A stretch of 64,000 nt of DNA from Perna viridis. Taxonomy: Eukaryota. The notes below the pieces were generated by a model, which was given only the letters and a program-made list of their open reading frames with translations, did not search any database and was not told the origin of the DNA. Below are positions 60,140-64,000 of the stretch, in pieces; the stretch's first letter is position 1; every line of letters begins with the position of its first letter. The stretch is from NCBI GenBank assembly GCA_037379345.1, contig CM074514.1, forward strand, positions 14,260,001-14,324,000, given 5' to 3'. The position numbers and the translations under genes were made by a program.

Positions 60140-63100
60140 AATTTCATAAATAATTGTATTTTATTCTGTTCTTTACGTGGTGTATGTAGATCTGTTTCTT
60201 GTTATCACGTTTATGTATACTCATACAACGTATAATTAGGCGATGGCGGGCTTGACGACCTCTAAAATTGCTGAAATACTTTAGGTCATGTACCCTGGAT
60301 TTTGATGCCTCAGAATTATCCTACTTTTGAAGCTACGATATTTTTGCCAATTACTATTTTTAAAATACAAGTACATTCTAACTTTACTGCTGTTTATTGC
60401 AGTAAATTAGACGCCTATTTCGATACATGGAGAAAACTAACAAAAAGTTTAGTATGAATTGTTGAAAATCAAGGAGTTTAACAATTCTCTGCATATGATA
60501 ATGTTTATTTATTAAAATCAGTGCAAACTATTTCTCTCTTGACTCGATAGATAGATAGGCCAAATAATCGTTACAACTGACGGCAACAGTCAGCTTTGTC
60601 TTTATGTTTTTCTTTCCTCTTCAATGAAACAATATTATTAATATAAGTTCTTTCCTTCACATTCTCTCTAACCATTCTTTATGTGTTATGTTAATTTAGA
60701 ATATGTCATAGTCCTTAATTAAGTAGATAAAGATGGATTTTTCATGTAATTTTTGTCGTATCCTTTCGTCAGGCTTTATTTTACATTAAAATAAGTTCAA
60801 AGTAAAGTAGGAATCGTCCCAACGTTTAAGTTTTGTTGTCCCTTGTTCGTTCTTTCATTTAACATTTTTTAAAGTAACAAATTTCGATCCAATTTCTGAT
60901 AAAATGTAGACTCTTACCTTGACCGAAAATTAGGATTTCACAAGAAAGGTCTGTTCACCAATGATTGTCGTTACTTACAGATTCGACGTGTTCACTTTGA
61001 CTTGATATGGGTTATTTAGTTGACAAGTAAAATTGAAGTAATTTGCATACATACAAATAGAGACATTTGATAACTTCATTTATTTTTTGTTTCAAAGTTA
61101 TTTTTTCTTTGACATTCATAACTGCAAAAATTGAACTTCCAGAAATGTTAATGAATATTAAGTTGAAACTTCTTTGCTATAAAAAGTAAACAAATATAAA
61201 AAGTGGAGATGCATTAATGTTGAAGTAATTGGTAGACCATGTTTAACTTCAATGTTTTATTCATGTTTTAATACCGTCAAGAAGGGAAGTACTGATCAGT
61301 TTGTGGTTTGGACTTAATTTAACAAGATCAGTGGTTCTGAATATCATGGACGTGCATTGTGATAGGACATGATAAACATCGAATATTTGTTGTTTTCTAG
61401 CTGAACATGTAGATCTATGATGGCAGGATTACTATACTGCAGTTAAAAAGTTAGGAATCTGTTTTGTTTTCTTTCAATTTTTGCGTAATTTAATATCTCT
61501 GCTGACGTGCAAAACATACATAAAATGCGATAAAAACTTAATTGTCACAGCCATTTTTTCTAGCTACTTTGTTTTCAGTCTTCACTGAACGAAATAGTTA
61601 ATAATCACTTGAAAGCGAAGTTTACATCATATAAAGGAACCGTTTAGTATTTGATGTAATCTAGCAGAGGGGACATTTTCTTTGGCTGAAATTATTGATA
61701 TTTACTTAAAAATGAATCAATATAAAAAAACATAAATCAGTTAATATATAAATCGGCGATCACAGTACAATGGCAACCAACAGCTGAAAGATCATGCCCC
61801 CTTGCTTGGATTTAACTAGGAAAGAGGTGACCTATATCAGTTCTAATTTTTTTTCAATACCCCCTAATTTCTTTCCCTCTTGAAGTTCAATAAAGAAATG
61901 TCCCTGAAATACATGTATATGATTTGATTAAGTGATGCTGTATGTTCATACATTACTTGGAACCTAAAAGTATAATTATAATTTCTATGACGCTCAGTTT
62001 GATAATCATTAAATCGTATAACGAATACAAGTACAAGCTTGCTCACCAATATCATTTCTATATTTTGAAGTTCAGGATTTGTTTCCAACATGCTGGAAGT
62101 TTGTGTTGTAGGTCTTTTGGGATTTATAAATCATATCTAACGCTGAAGGAGTTGAGGGTATTCACAACTTAAGATAGTCCATGAAACAAAGTTTGCATTG
62201 ATGGGCAATAAATTTGGCTTTCACATTTTAAGTCATTGGTCAAACAAAGGCCTTTAAATCGCATGTCAAAAAAATGATCAAACTTTCATAAATTCTTTAT
62301 CACATGATGCCATTTTTCACCTCTTATTTCGAATTTCCATCTGGATGACGTTTGTGGATTTTTCTTGATGCAATGCATGGACTTTGTCATCGGTCGATAT
62401 GGGTTGGTCCATCTTCTACTCCACACCTCCTCTGAAACTACTGAATAGAATTTAATGAAACTTTCATGTTTTTAGCAAGTAATGCCATTATGCACATCTT
62501 ATTTGGTTTCTGGGAAGTGGAGGGGTATCATTAAGAAGGCATAATTTTCTCACAGTTTTAGACGTATAATTATTTTTTTGTTATTAGATTAAGACATCGC
62601 AATGGCACAGTTTATTGATTTACACGCATTTTGTACTTTTGTATGGGAAATATTTCATGCAATTCAGGACTTCAAAGTGAGCACGCCACCCTGAGACCAT
62701 TTATGGGGGAAATCAACCGATATGATAGAAGTCGACCGGACATTATTATTCGTATTAGTATTTCACTTATATATGTGCATCTTAAAACATATTAGTGCGT
62801 TATTGCAACCCCCACTAAATTAACAAAAAATGTAGTTTCAGGACCGTTCATTATTTTGCTATGCACATTAGACCGATAGTTTTTGATTTAAGATTAACAA
62901 TCACCGTTTTTGTAATTTTCCGGCTCCTACCTTTTTTAGCTGACGCTATTGAGAATAAAAAAAAGATGAGAGGAAAGGGCGATTTGTCGCCACTTCGCAT
63001 TAAAAAGATCATGAAGACAGAAAAACATAAAACAGCACAAGACAAGAAAAGTATTGCACACTACTATCGCTACGACCATTTTTAGGAATCAGTGTAGGGT

Positions 63101-64000
63101 CAGCGTGTCCAGGTGATCACATCACTAATATGATTGTTTGGGAGTCAAAGGTCAGCAACTAGTTAAATAACATGTAACAGCATTTATGATTGGTGGAATA
63201 TTGCATACAGTTATACCTTATAAACTGCAAAGCTTTTGTTTTTTTTTTTTAAACATATGTAATGGTTGGGTAGTACTTTACGGTTAGGTCAGTTCTGAAA
63301 ATTTGGTCTCATTTGGTTGGAATAAAAGTGAGTCTGCAAAGAAATTTCAAGCGTTTTGTCATAAAAAAATACATATTTTTCTAATCCTTGGTAATCTAGT
63401 AATTTAGTGATTATTGCTATAAAATCCAGTAGCCATATTAACATACTTAAAAAATATTACTGAGTATAAGTACCAATAAGGGGTGCCTTTCCAAAACAAA
63501 CAGCCTAATGCAATGTTTTATGAAATATCAGGCACTTCGACACTAACACCGGATGAAAAGCATGCGTGGAAAAGGGGAAAAATAACAACACCCTCTTCGA
63601 TTCATTTTCACGCAATTTTAGTTCGTATTTTGAAAATCAGCCAGCTGATGCTAAGAATAGAACCTATTACGACAGGAAACTGAAACGTTCCGGGTACAGT
63701 TCTTCAATTAAATTACACCTGTTTACCATTACATATATTACATCTCTCTATGTATATATACTTAACTGCATTTAAACAATATATCCACCAAATTTAACTT
63801 TTAATTTTAAGTTTTATAAAACTTGGTGTGAGAAACAGTGCGCCTAAATGTAACTGTATAGTGAATCCAAAGTGCAGAATAAACAAATTAGATGTCGAAA
63901 AGGGAACCAGTGCGTGTATTTTGTAGTGAATCTAATAATGCTCACCGATCTTGATCGGTAAGCAATAATATCCAAAAACAATATTGAACATTTTATAGTT

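Noticed and set aside
63830-63965. Possible leader exon of a further + strand gene (cg|gtaagc near 63958)
   Set aside because: Only a donor-like motif at the window edge, with no coding support.

Overview
AT-rich eukaryotic genomic DNA with spliceosomal introns, most likely from a bivalve mollusc (mytilid-like repeats); it is not prokaryotic. Four intron-rich genes were reconstructed by hand from GT-AG boundaries and reading-frame continuity. (1) The 3' twelve exons of an indoleamine 2,3-dioxygenase family gene (+, 1392-16747). (2) Coilin (-, 33508-17862, 7 coding exons, about 605 aa). (3) RRN3/TIF-IA (+, 35475-52331, 15 coding exons, about 590 aa), head-to-head with coilin. (4) A secreted GH18 chitinase-like gene (-, 59498-53885, 8 coding exons, about 495 aa) with an altered catalytic motif FDGLNLNWEYP. 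Introns carry a full-length but disabled, intron-containing Ginger2-type DNA transposon (21069-24456), many Penelope-like retroelement fragments, hAT-like and other MITEs, a SINE and several minisatellites. One minisatellite is built from an exon end plus its splice donor. I found no convincing multi-gene novel system. The best leads are the coilin-RRN3 divergent pair, the donor-site minisatellite, the NxNxE GH18 protein and a hairpin-masked acceptor in coilin intron 3. Most ORFs in the supplied track are spurious.
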